32,000 nucleotides of DNA, taken from assembly GCA_965250005.1 (NCBI GenBank), contig OZ252279.1, positions 1,620,001-1,652,000 of the forward strand. Reading direction: 5' to 3'. A program made the translations under genes and the position numbers. Shown here piece by piece: positions 9,401-16,327 of the stretch; position 1 is the stretch's first letter; each line of letters begins with the position of its first letter. Source of the stretch: Demequinaceae bacterium. GTDB lineage: Bacteria; Actinomycetota; Actinomycetes; Actinomycetales; Demequinaceae. Under the pieces are notes generated by a model, which did not search any database, was not told the origin of the DNA, and saw nothing but the letters and a program-made list of their open reading frames with translations.

Positions 9401-11804
9401 CAACGGTAATGGTCACCCGAATCAGCAGCCTGCGGGTTGTTCGACTGGGACGTTGGCGTTCGAGTATGCGTATGACGCGCGTGGCCTGGTGGACGAGCGG
9501 GAGCTGTCCACGGATGAGGCATCCACGCTCACGGACTACACGCATGATGAGCTGGGTCGTTTGACGGAGTCCGTCACTGGTGACTATGTGGCGTCCTATG
9601 GGTGGGATGCGGCCTCGAACATGGTGTTTGAGGCGGTCTCTGAGGACCTGTCGACCAACAAGAAGAACGACGGTTACACCGTCACCCGCTCTGTGAACGC
9701 GATCAACCAACTGACGTCATCTGCGATGGACCCGGCCGTGATGCCGGCGTCCAAGACGGAGACCACGGCGTACACGTATGACGCACGGGGTAACCGCACG
9801 CAGGCGTTGACGACCACGACGTCGGGTAAGAAGACGCACACGGTTTCCGATGTGGCGTATACGTATGATGGTCGCGATCTGGTCAGTTCAGTAGCCGGTG
9901 GCGACACAGACATCGAATACAACCGTGACGGGGTGGGTCGTGCTCTTGAAGTCACCGAGGATGGTGGCACCCGCACGCGTTTGTATGACGGGCTTGCGAT
10001 CGTGCGCGACGGGGACACAACGCTGACGCGTGGTCCTGCTGGTGCGGTGTTGTTTGAGGCCACGATGGTGACGTCGGGCAAGGGCAAGAACGCCACGACC
10101 TCGATCCAGACGGTGGATGTGCTGGCGGACCTGCTGGGATCGGCTGTGACGACCGCCTCTGATGGGGTGATTTCTGCGGATCTTGCGCTCTACGGTGACT
10201 TCGGTGACCTGCTGACAGACACGTCCCAAGACACGGTGACGGGGTTCACCGGTCAAGTCGATACGGCAGGGTTGCTCGAGTTTGCGTCGAGGTCTTATGA
10301 CATTGGTTCTCGGGTGTGGGTCCAGGATGACCGCTACCGCGGCACTGTTGCGCGTGCGTCGTCGATGAACCGGTACACCTACGTTGAAGGTGCCCCCGAA
10401 ACATATATCGACATCCTCGGATTCTTTCGCGCAGCAGCCGCACTGCGGGCGCAACAGTTGGCGGCGTTGAACGCACAACTCCAGTCAGCATTAAGTTCCC
10501 TCGAAAACCTCTACGGAATTGCGATCCAAAACGGGCAGGGCATGTCAGCCGATGACATGCTACGCAACTACAACAAACTCGCCGCAAACCTAGACCCCGC
10601 AGTCAAGGCTGTGTTGGCGCCGATAGTGGGCGAGCTCGCGACAGGCGTCAAGACATTTCATGGGCAACAGGCAATTGATGCACAGAAGTGGGCGTCAGCT
10701 GAGCAAACATATCGGTTGGCATACAACGCAAATCAGAAAGCCAAGGGAATCGCTTTTGCCCGATGGACGGCCGCAATGGATCTCCAGATCGCAGCATTCT
10801 ATTCACAAGCGCCAGGAGGTGACCCAAACGTTGAAAACGATCAAGGTTTCCTCGGCAATGTTGTGGCGCAAGCGGCGGGCAGTTTTGCTGCGAGCCGCGA
10901 CTTCGCAGTCGGTTTGGCCGTCGGACTGTATGACGTCTCGGTGGTACTGACGAATCCACTCCTTGCGCACTCATCAGGCAGTTACGAGCGTCTCAATGAT
11001 CAACGTAATGCGTTCATGGCTGGAGTGGAGGAGAACGGTTGGGGCGACCAACTCAACATGACGCTAAACCCCGTCTATCACCTGATTGATGCCGGAGCGG
11101 CAACCCTGGATGCCAGAAACCGGGGAGACTTCTACCAGGTTGGTCAGGGAGTAGTCCACGTCCAAGTTGCGGTCATCGAAACCGCACTCATTGTGGCCCC
11201 AGGAGCAGGACTAGCAATCTCCGGTGGCGTCAAAATCGCCGCCCTCGCAAGCCGCACCGCAACAACCATCACAGCGGCCCGAACCGTCGCCGCATCCCGC
11301 GCCGCCGGACTCGCAACAGACGCCGGAGCCATCCAACTACCCGGACGAGCCGCAGCGTCCACACTCGACGATCTAGCGCGGATCGGCTCGCAGGCCGGTG
11401 AACGAACGGTTCTCGCGCCCGGTGGCGGGCTTGTGGCTCACGAGGCGGCCGGGGGCCACACTTTGACTCTACATGTTGGCCAAAGCACGAGCAACCTAGC
11501 TGCTCGACTTGCGGCGTACCCGAAGATTCCTGCGGCGTCTTCGTTCTCCAGTCAAGCGATTGCAGAGCAAGCAGTCAGCAAAGTACTGTTGATGCCATCG
11601 TCTGTCGCGAAGATCCAGGCGGCAACAAAGGGCGGTTGGCCGGGAGGACAAGTCGTGCTCAATGAAGCGGTCGGGTTCAAGACGGGTGACGTGCTCGTTA
11701 GAAACGCGTTATCCCCGACGCCAAGCAGCAGCGCACTGCTTGTCGTGCGGCCAGTGCCCGGCAACCCCGGGGCATGGTACGTCCATACGGCGTTCCCCTC
11801 GTGA
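3489..11804 (+). CDS. Secreted RHS/YD-repeat polymorphic toxin with variable C-terminal toxin tip
   Basis: ATG at 3489 preceded by a GAGGGGA-like RBS; signal peptide MSTAVRFALTTTLTAALVAGVVTPVYA; DPVNLATGNF motif at the start of the RHS shell; dozens of YD units (YDALGR, YDANGN, TEYDxxGN); RHS core end NRYTYVEGAPETYIDILGFF; pretoxin-like linker and RNase A-like tip. The ORF track starts at 3450, but 3489 is the better start. Confidence 0.93.
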   Translation: MSTAVRFALTTTLTAALVAGVVTPVYATDDSLLVEGESTSIALPEGGEVDFNVVDQATDGATVEAEPIEVEGATAETADGAVVSLTDGVSIVATDAVGGDVTEFEHQVTVVEETEDTPAYVSEFVPAIELTFPISEEQLSEVDVASLGVYSRESEDDEWTWVPSAYDPELGAVVAQSDHLSEFIVMAAPAAAVPDPTIPRIALDPDDALGRALWNGHVYNELQFSHAVATAVKARLENECLAEVLITRNSSTAFVARTTRSNRIRNFDADIAMTLAFNNYNTASDGIARPWGISRDGGVVAWSASNSASTRLGNNTKTQIVNWTGRPDRRGLNPPSSVLPYSQLVGSAPAYAHAELLFLSHNYDWPIISTRLDLVTDAVYSSIIQQIEATGGIACAEPVTLPTPPTQDVLDDLAQLGENNYQIYGTDPVNLATGNFLASEEVFTLSGVGDQVIDLTLAYNALDGRVSPVGNGWNFGYSSRAQLYDNGAVMAILADGRSVYFESDGAGGFVTPPGARSTLAAVEGGAVLTFADNTSLEFTFDEESGYGTLARAVDRQGNAYTLVYGPLAEAAEGEYTFPPLQSITDQAGQTVAVQSTPEGRITGFTHPDGREWTLAYDAAGNLTAITDGANRTRSFAYNADGLLEVVTGADGVAELTNVFDTEQRVVIQTDGAGYVRTIAYGPNRETTLTDALGNASTLTHNDKNQVVRALDAEGGETVTGYDEFYNPNTSTDANGNVFTSEFDVYGRVKSSTNALGETTTYGYNPRGDLVSIASPDPNGGTATTSFVLNEDGRAIETHLPDGTVTYASFDAHGDMTSITDATGAVTTMAYDWRGNSVATTDALGNATTRTYDLANRLTSVTDATSATTTLAYDAADNLISTLDALGGVATFVYDVNDSLVRETNEAGETATYEYNVNLQLTAANRPDGSRMEYAYDAEHRMVAQTNPDGTRRTWEYDGLGRATVMVDEAGARWLTEYDAIGNPVASIDPSGARSEVDYDALSRPVTFTDALGNADTVTYLPGGAAGSQTDALGRTLSYGYDVMGRLESVTTQDGETRAYSYDANGWLVSATDARGFTETYVTDALGREVSMTDALGSLWRTEYDVLGNTTATVDALGNRTEIDYDALSRPVATTDALGAHATFTFDPVGRATSETNKNGNAVSYEYDTLGRLTRTTYPDGSTASTTYNARGLAVGTVGTRGFATAYEYDARSMQTAMVDEAGERWLSEYDSRGNLVANIDPAGGRTEFDYDALSRRVATTDQVGAHTAFTYDAAGQMTSSTDALGNSTAYTFDAMGRAATMTTADGATVAYAYDLNGNVTSFTNQRGFTETYLLDPLDRMVSRTDTLGGTWATEFDALGNATATVDPLGNRTEATYDALSRIVGLTDALAGEATFTYDALGARTSTTNALGQTTSLTYDSLGRPVGSTFADGTTASNVYDAGGLKVTSTDQRGNAMSYEYDARGLQVASVDTAGERWLTEYDSRGNVTASVDPLSARSTAQYDAASRPVAVVNAVGSQSTFAYDALGQMITSTNALGDTTAYTYDAMQRMVTMTTPEGATSQYGYDANGNTTSITNALGDVLATEYDAAGRAIATVLPDGGRTETARDALGREVATTDARGNTTAVTYDALGRPTLVLDAAGFATTATYDAGGNRLSTTDARGGTTGFVYDVMNRLVSTTNAEGETRTQAYDTAGNITEAIDPSGIATHFTYDVRNLLTETVENFLPAEPSSESVNVTTSVSYDARGDAVATVDPRGNATLFERDALGRVETETDALGQTSTVDFDALGRPSVVTAPDGSVTATTFSADGYAVEVAYPDQTVTSGFDALGNRTSMTDDLGTSSWTYDWASRVTVAVDALGQKNTNQYDLAGNQTRVAYDDGRSLLRTYDARNLAVSQSDANGVAAFGYDEVGALVGILRPSGVETEISRDLVGRVTAIVHAGEGVVGNKLPSGEVNPSSMAPGNAFGHCKDNGNGHPNQQPAGCSTGTLAFEYAYDARGLVDERELSTDEASTLTDYTHDELGRLTESVTGDYVASYGWDAASNMVFEAVSEDLSTNKKNDGYTVTRSVNAINQLTSSAMDPAVMPASKTETTAYTYDARGNRTQALTTTTSGKKTHTVSDVAYTYDGRDLVSSVAGGDTDIEYNRDGVGRALEVTEDGGTRTRLYDGLAIVRDGDTTLTRGPAGAVLFEATMVTSGKGKNATTSIQTVDVLADLLGSAVTTASDGVISADLALYGDFGDLLTDTSQDTVTGFTGQVDTAGLLEFASRSYDIGSRVWVQDDRYRGTVARASSMNRYTYVEGAPETYIDILGFFRAAAALRAQQLAALNAQLQSALSSLENLYGIAIQNGQGMSADDMLRNYNKLAANLDPAVKAVLAPIVGELATGVKTFHGQQAIDAQKWASAEQTYRLAYNANQKAKGIAFARWTAAMDLQIAAFYSQAPGGDPNVENDQGFLGNVVAQAAGSFAASRDFAVGLAVGLYDVSVVLTNPLLAHSSGSYERLNDQRNAFMAGVEENGWGDQLNMTLNPVYHLIDAGAATLDARNRGDFYQVGQGVVHVQVAVIETALIVAPGAGLAISGGVKIAALASRTATTITAARTVAASRAAGLATDAGAIQLPGRAAASTLDDLARIGSQAGERTVLAPGGGLVAHEAAGGHTLTLHVGQSTSNLAARLAAYPKIPAASSFSSQAIAEQAVSKVLLMPSSVAKIQAATKGGWPGGQVVLNEAVGFKTGDVLVRNALSPTPSSSALLVVRPVPGNPGAWYVHTAFPS
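4087..4700 (+). other. Possible degenerate N-acetylmuramoyl-L-alanine amidase-like domain inside the RHS protein
   Basis: IALDPDD...YNELQFSHAVATAVKARLEN..AEVLITR...FDADIAMTLAFNN...HAELLFLSHNYDW follows the layout of Amidase_3 proteins (LDPGHGG...EKDLNLxIAxxLxxxL..VxxTR...SIHxNA...ExxFLSN), but the usual His positions are not conserved. Confidence 0.4.
4750..10430 (+). repeat. RHS/YD repeat shell
   Basis: Continuous YD-type repeats of about 21 aa, ending in the RHS core region at PETYIDILGFF. Confidence 0.9.
10434..11329 (+). repeat. RHS linker/pretoxin repeat, copy A (inside the full-length RHS gene)
   Basis: Essentially identical to 12202..13097 at a constant offset of 1768 bp; protein LRAQQLAALNAQLQSALSSLENLYG...AAGLATDAGA. 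Confidence 0.93.
11434..11804 (+). other. CdiA-CT RNase A-like toxin domain, tip A
   Basis: HEAAGGHTLTLHVGQSTSNLAARLAAYPKIPAASSFSSQAIAEQAV...GAWYVHTAFPS: GGHT..xHVG start and TA(F/Y)P ending typical of bacterial CdiA-CT RNase A-like domains. Confidence 0.7.
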
Positions 11805-12142
11805 GCGCGGGAACCCGCGACCTTGCGTCCTGGGATTTCTTCGGTGGGTCCTTTAATCAAGACTGGATGTCGGATCACGCGACACCGAGTGAAGCCATTG
11901 ACGAATACGTGCGCCTCGCGGCAATCGGAAACGTTGCACAACTACTCGGCGAGTTGGTGGCGATTGCGTCGCTCGGGCTGACTGATGACGAAGTCGAGAC
12001 CTGGCTCGTTGGGGTCAACAGTTATCACGTTCCAACGGGAGAAGGCGAGGCCGCGGCGTTCGTCGATGAGGTGATTGCCCGACTGACATCAGGTCTTGCG
12101 CGTGGCCTTGCGGGCGTTGGTGCCGTTCCCGGTAGACCTTAG
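11801..12142 (+). CDS. CdiI-like immunity protein A
   Basis: GTG start overlaps the RHS stop by 4 bp (GTGA); DFFGGSFNQDWMSDHATPSEAIDEYV...GLTDDEVETWLVGVNSYHVP resembles the CdiI family paired with RNase A-like tips. An upstream in-frame ATG exists at 11774. Confidence 0.72.
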   Translation: MSAGTRDLASWDFFGGSFNQDWMSDHATPSEAIDEYVRLAAIGNVAQLLGELVAIASLGLTDDEVETWLVGVNSYHVPTGEGEAAAFVDEVIARLTSGLARGLAGVGAVPGRP

Positions 12143-13557
12143 CCGCTGGTAGGTGTTGCGCCCCGGAAACGTATGTTGACGTCCTTGGGTTCTTCCGGGC
12201 TGCAGCCGCACTGCGGGCGCAACAGTTGGCGGCGTTGAACGCACAACTCCAGTCAGCATTAAGTTCCCTCGAAAACCTCTACGGAATTGCGATCCAAAAC
12301 GGGCAGGGCATGTCAGCCGATGACATGCTACGCAACTACAACAAACTCGCCGCAAACCTAGACCCCGCAGTCAAGGCTGTGTTGGCGCCGATAGTGGGCG
12401 AGCTCGCGACAGGCGTCAAGACATTTCATGGGCAACAGGCAATTGATGCACAGAAGTGGGCGTCAGCTGAGCAAACATATCGGTTGGCATACAACGCAAA
12501 TCAGAAAGCCAAGGGAATCGCTTTTGCCCGATGGACGGCCGCAATGGATCTCCAGATCGCAGCATTCTATTCACAAGCGCCAGGAGGTGACCCAAACGTT
12601 GAAAACGATCAAGGTTTCCTCGGCAATGTTGTGGCGCAAGCGGCGGGCAGTTTTGCTGCGAGCCGCGACTTCGCAGTCGGTTTGGCCGTCGGACTGTATG
12701 ACGTCTCGGTGGTACTGACGAATCCACTCCTTGCGCACTCATCAGGCAGTTACGAGCGTCTCAATGATCAACGTAATGCGTTCATGGCTGGAGTGGAGGA
12801 GAACGGTTGGGGCGACCAACTCAACATGACGCTAAACCCCGTCTATCACCTGATTGATGCCGGAGCGGCAACCCTGGATGCCAGAAACCGGGGAGACTTC
12901 TACCAGGTTGGTCAGGGAGTAGTCCACGTCCAAGTTGCGGTCATCGAAACCGCACTCATTGTGGCCCCAGGAGCAGGACTAGCAATCTCCGGTGGCGTCA
13001 AAATCGCCGCCCTCGCAAGCCGCACCGCAACAACCATCACAGCGGCCCGAACCGTCGCCGCATCCCGCGCCGCCGGACTCGCAACAGACGCCGGAGCAGT
13101 TCAGTTGCCCGGACGCGCCGTTTCTGGGGCAGAAGCTGCAACGAGCGCGGCGGAAGCAAGCACCCGGGTCATCGCAAGTGCAGAAGCCGCGGTGGTCGAT
13201 ACCGCTGCGTACAGTGGCCTGACCAGCAAGGTAATTGCGCTTTCAGAGCGAAACATCACGAACAGTGGGCAGACCGTACTTGGAAGCTTTCCGCGCTACA
13301 TTGAAGTCGCCAAAGCGCGAAGCGCCAGTTACTTTGACATTGGCGAAGCGTGGAGAACCTTGAAGAAAACCGAGCGCACTGCGGTCAACAATCATTTCCT
13401 CGACACCCGTATGGCCGCGGGCGACCAGTTCTACCTGACGATGCCGAAGGGTAGCGTTGTTCCAGGTAGCGCCCTTGCCGATGAGATCGCGTATCTCACG
13501 CGTCCGGGCTCGGGCTATCAATGGGTCAACCAATGGTCGTTGAGAAAGGTCAGTTGA
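12136..13557 (+). pseudogene. Orphan RHS C-terminal cassette B (linker plus unknown toxin tip) without its own convincing start
   Basis: Frame opens after TAG 12133-12135, encodes GAP-like ..CCAPETYVDVLGFFRAAAALRAQQLAALN..., then a unique tip VSGAEAATSAAEASTRV...YFDIGEAWRTLKKTERTAVNNHFLDTRMAAGDQFYLTMPKGSVVPGSALADEIAYLTRPGSGYQWVNQWSLRKVS. First listed start is only a TTG at 12226. Confidence 0.82.
12202..13097 (+). repeat. RHS linker/pretoxin repeat, copy B (orphan)
   Basis: Matches 10434..11329; the shadow ORF 12416..12742(-) is identical in protein to 10648..10974(-). Confidence 0.93.
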
Positions 13558-13558
13558 C

Positions 13559-13966
13559 GTGAACGAGATCATGAAGTTCATCGCCACGTTCATGGGCTTC
13601 CTTTGGCGCGAGGCAGATTTTCAGATCGGCGACTCGGCAAGTACCGATGTTAATGGCGGCAACGCGTACTTGGTAGTCGAATCGAATGATCTTCGGCTGC
13701 GCTTCGTTCTCGACCGATCTCAATTACTTCTCGAGTTTCAGCCGCATTTGGATCGTTCGTCGAATACATGGTTCGATGTCGATCTAGTTCATCGCGTGAT
13801 TGCTGGGCGTCGCGACGGCCCAAGCCTGTTGGATGAGTATTTCGCTGAGTTTGTTGACAGCAATCTTGACGCGATTAAGGCGCTCTTCGCCCGGGACGCC
13901 TGGGAAAATTCGCGCGCGGCTTTGCGTGAGGCTGGCAGCGCACGCGCTAAGGAGTTCTTTGGGTAG
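13559..13966 (+). CDS. Putative immunity protein for tip B
   Basis: GTG start 1 nt after the cassette B stop; 135 aa acidic protein FLWREADFQIGDSASTDVNGGNAYLVVESNDLRLRFVLDRSQLLLEF...; inferred by position. Confidence 0.6.
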   Translation: MNEIMKFIATFMGFLWREADFQIGDSASTDVNGGNAYLVVESNDLRLRFVLDRSQLLLEFQPHLDRSSNTWFDVDLVHRVIAGRRDGPSLLDEYFAEFVDSNLDAIKALFARDAWENSRAALREAGSARAKEFFG

Positions 13967-14078
13967 GATTCCACGCTGTGATAAGGCGTACTTGGAGAAG
14001 TGGGGAGTTGAAGTTGTCGGACCCCGATAGCGTTTTGGTCCGTTCACGGACGGGCTTCCCTCACGGGCCTCGCTCCGG

Positions 14079-14484
14079 CTGACGAATCCACTCCTTGCGC
14101 ACTCATCAGGCAGTTACGAGCGTCTCAATGACCAACGTAATGCGTTCATGGCTGGAGTGGAGGAGAACGGTTGGGGCGACCAACTCAACATGACCCTAGA
14201 CCCCGTCTATCACCTGATTGATGCCGGAGCGGCAACTCTGGATGCCAGAAACCGGGGAGACTTCTACCAGGTTGGTCAGGGAGTAGTCCACGTCCAAGTT
14301 GCGGTCATCGAAACCGCACTCATTGTGGCCCCAGGAGCAGGACTAGCAATCTCCGGTGGCGTCAAAATCGCCGCCCTCGCAAGCCGCACCGCAACAACCA
14401 TCACAGCGGCCCGAACCGTCGCCGCATCCCGCGCCGCCGGACTCGCAACAGACGCCGGAGCAGTTCAGTTGCCCGGACGCGCCG
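14079..14484 (+). repeat. RHS linker repeat, truncated copy C
   Basis: CTGACGAATCCACTCCTTGCGCACTCATC... matches 12715..13120 (offset 1364) with a few substitutions (e.g. AATGACC vs AATGATC, MTLD vs MTLN). Confidence 0.92.
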
Positions 14485-14930
14485 CCGCGGCCACACTCGA
14501 CGATCTAGCGCGGATCGGCTCGCAGGCCGGTGAACGAACGGTTCTCGCGCCCGGTGGCGGGCTTGTGGCTCACGAGGCGGCCGGGGGGCACACGCTTCTG
14601 AAGCACGTCGGGAGGACGGAGGCGCAGTTAGTTCAACGTCTAGTTGATGAACCGTGGGTTGGCGCATCAAGTACGTTCACGTCCCGCACGGCCGCAGAAC
14701 TCTGGGTCGCGAGGGCGATTGATGCCAACGCAGCGAAGATCACAGACTGGCTAGCGACTGGTCCGACAAAACCGATGCCATTTACAATGTCTGGAAATGG
14801 TGTTCCAACTGGGGTAACTGTTCCAAGGGGTGCGGTGGCTATCCAAGCCGCGACCGGTGTGCGCGTCGTTTTGGTTGCAGACTCTACGGTACCGCTCGGC
14901 TACCGGATCCTCACTGCGTATCCTGAGTAA
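14079..14930 (+). pseudogene. Orphan RHS C-terminal cassette C with RNase A-like toxin tip
   Basis: In-frame with the linker; tip HEAAGGHTLLKHVGRTEAQLVQRLVDEPWVGASSTFTSRTAAELWVARAI...GYRILTAYPE; ORF-track start 14148 lies inside the repeat. Confidence 0.82.
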
Positions 14931-15260
14931 ATGAACCCCGAACCCTTGCAGTTTCCTGCGCTCGTAGAGTTCTTCGGCGCCTACCTTCATCAGGATTATT
15001 CGATCTACGGTAGTTCACCGTTCGCAGTTGCTAGGTACGCAGCGCGCGAAGTTGAGTCAGTGTTCGCATTCTCCGTGATTGGAGAGCTCTCGACTTTGGC
15101 GCAAACGCCGGGTGGCGATGCGGCAATTGCCGCTACCATCAAGTCTCTGCCGCCCGGTGTGGACCTAGGCTACGGCGGTTCGGTTTCGCAAGTGCTGGAG
15201 CGAATGGCGCGAGAGATGTCAGAGGAACTCGCAAAGCGGGTGTCTTCGCCCGGTCGATAG
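14931..15260 (+). CDS. CdiI-like immunity protein C
   Basis: ATG immediately follows TAA of cassette C; LVEFFGAYLHQDYSIYGSSPFAVARYAARE parallels immunity A (WDFFGGSFNQDWMSDHATPSEAIDEY). Confidence 0.72.
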   Translation: MNPEPLQFPALVEFFGAYLHQDYSIYGSSPFAVARYAAREVESVFAFSVIGELSTLAQTPGGDAAIAATIKSLPPGVDLGYGGSVSQVLERMAREMSEELAKRVSSPGR

Positions 15261-15424
15261 TTCACTCAAGTCTTTGGTCCTGGTGGCCGGCGGAATTCGA
15301 GAGGTACTTGACCGCCGAAAATGGGCGTGATGCAAGGATTGGTGACAACTTGACCTGCCTGGTTGGCGGTGCGAACCGAGCGTGTCCGACCTCAGCGAAG
15401 GTCGCGACACCAGAAGGGCTTAGG

Positions 15425-16252
15425 TCAATTGCTGGTGTCGAGTCCGCCTGGGCTCAGTTGAGGAGTGGCTGAGATCTCTGCCATCTCTCCTGCTGAGAGT
15501 TCAAAGTCGAAGACGTCGATGAGTTCGCGCTGTTTCGATGCCACCTTCGACATGGGTATCGGCACGTTCCCCAACTGGAGGTGCCATCGCATGAGCACCT
15601 GGTCGGGCGTGACTCTGTGAGCGGCGGCAATTCCTGCCCACGGCGGATCAACGGAGGCTGAGCCGCCGCCGGTCGGATTCCATGCCTGGCTCACGATTCC
15701 AAGGCGGGCGTCTTCCGCGCGAACGTCATTGCGCGTTGCATAAGGGTTCCATTCGAGTTGATTGATCGAAGGGCTCACCCCGGAGTCTGCGATTAGCTGA
15801 GCAATCACGACTCCCGAGCAGTTACTTACACCGATTGTGCGAATCGCCCCGCTGTTGCGCAGCTCGACTAGTGTGCGCCACGCGTCTAGATACGTGCTCG
15901 CGGCGGGGTCGGGCGAATGGAGCAGAACCACGTCGTTTCGCTCGACCCCAAGTAGCTCCCGCGAGTCCGAGCATGCAAGCAGCACCTGTTCGCGATTGTG
16001 AAACCGACTCGGAACCTTGGTCTGGACGATGATTTCATCCCGCGGCGTCCCGGACGACTTGACGAAGTCGCGCACAGCGTGACCGATCTCCACGTCGTTG
16101 TGGTAATTGGCGGCGCCGTCGATCAACCGAAAGCCGTTTTCGAGCGCCGCGAGTACGGCCTCGTTGCAGTCCGGACCGCGAAGTGGGGCCGTTCCGAACC
16201 CAATGTGCGGAATGCTCGTGCCGTCGTTGAGGTCTCGACTCTGAATCGTCAT
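15425..16252 (-). CDS. Aldo/keto reductase paralog, divergent
   Basis: MTIQSRDLNDGTSIPHIGFGTAPLRG, LIDGAANYHNDVEIGH, VQTKVP, VLLHSPDP, TIGVSNCSG. The track start 16321 reads back through the att/tRNA fragment; ATG at 16252 is preferred. Confidence 0.85.
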   Translation of the reverse strand: MTIQSRDLNDGTSIPHIGFGTAPLRGPDCNEAVLAALENGFRLIDGAANYHNDVEIGHAVRDFVKSSGTPRDEIIVQTKVPSRFHNREQVLLACSDSRELLGVERNDVVLLHSPDPAASTYLDAWRTLVELRNSGAIRTIGVSNCSGVVIAQLIADSGVSPSINQLEWNPYATRNDVRAEDARLGIVSQAWNPTGGGSASVDPPWAGIAAAHRVTPDQVLMRWHLQLGNVPIPMSKVASKQRELIDVFDFELSAGEMAEISATPQLSPGGLDTSN

Positions 16253-16283
16253 GGTTCCAGCGTACGCGTCACCGCGGTGTGTT

Positions 16284-16327
16284 CCGTGGTGGGCCCCGTG
16301 GGGCTCGAACCCACGACCCACGGATTA
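16284..16327. repeat. Putative distal att site (44-bp copy of the tRNA-Lys 3' end)
   Basis: ccgtggtgggccccgtggggctcgaacccacgacccacggatta is identical to 25125..25168. Confidence 0.88.

Noticed and set aside
4887-10150. Many long minus-strand and alternate-frame ORFs antisense to the RHS gene (e.g. 5562..6320-, 9036..9710-, 9043..9522-)
   Set aside because: High-GC shadow ORFs of a repetitive coding sequence. Their composition (Arg/Val/His-rich) and lack of motifs argue against real genes.
4750-10430. Tandem repeats as a possible CRISPR or satellite array
   Set aside because: Repeats are in-frame protein-level YD units without constant direct repeats and unique spacers.
10648-12742. Identical 108-aa minus-strand ORFs at 10648..10974 and 12416..12742
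   Set aside because: Identical only because they are antisense to the duplicated RHS linker; used here just as evidence for the duplication.
16253-16321. N-terminal extension of the second aldo/keto reductase (MGRGFEPHGAHHGTHRG...)
   Set aside because: It translates the tRNA-derived att repeat and lacks similarity to AKR proteins; start at 16252 is typical.
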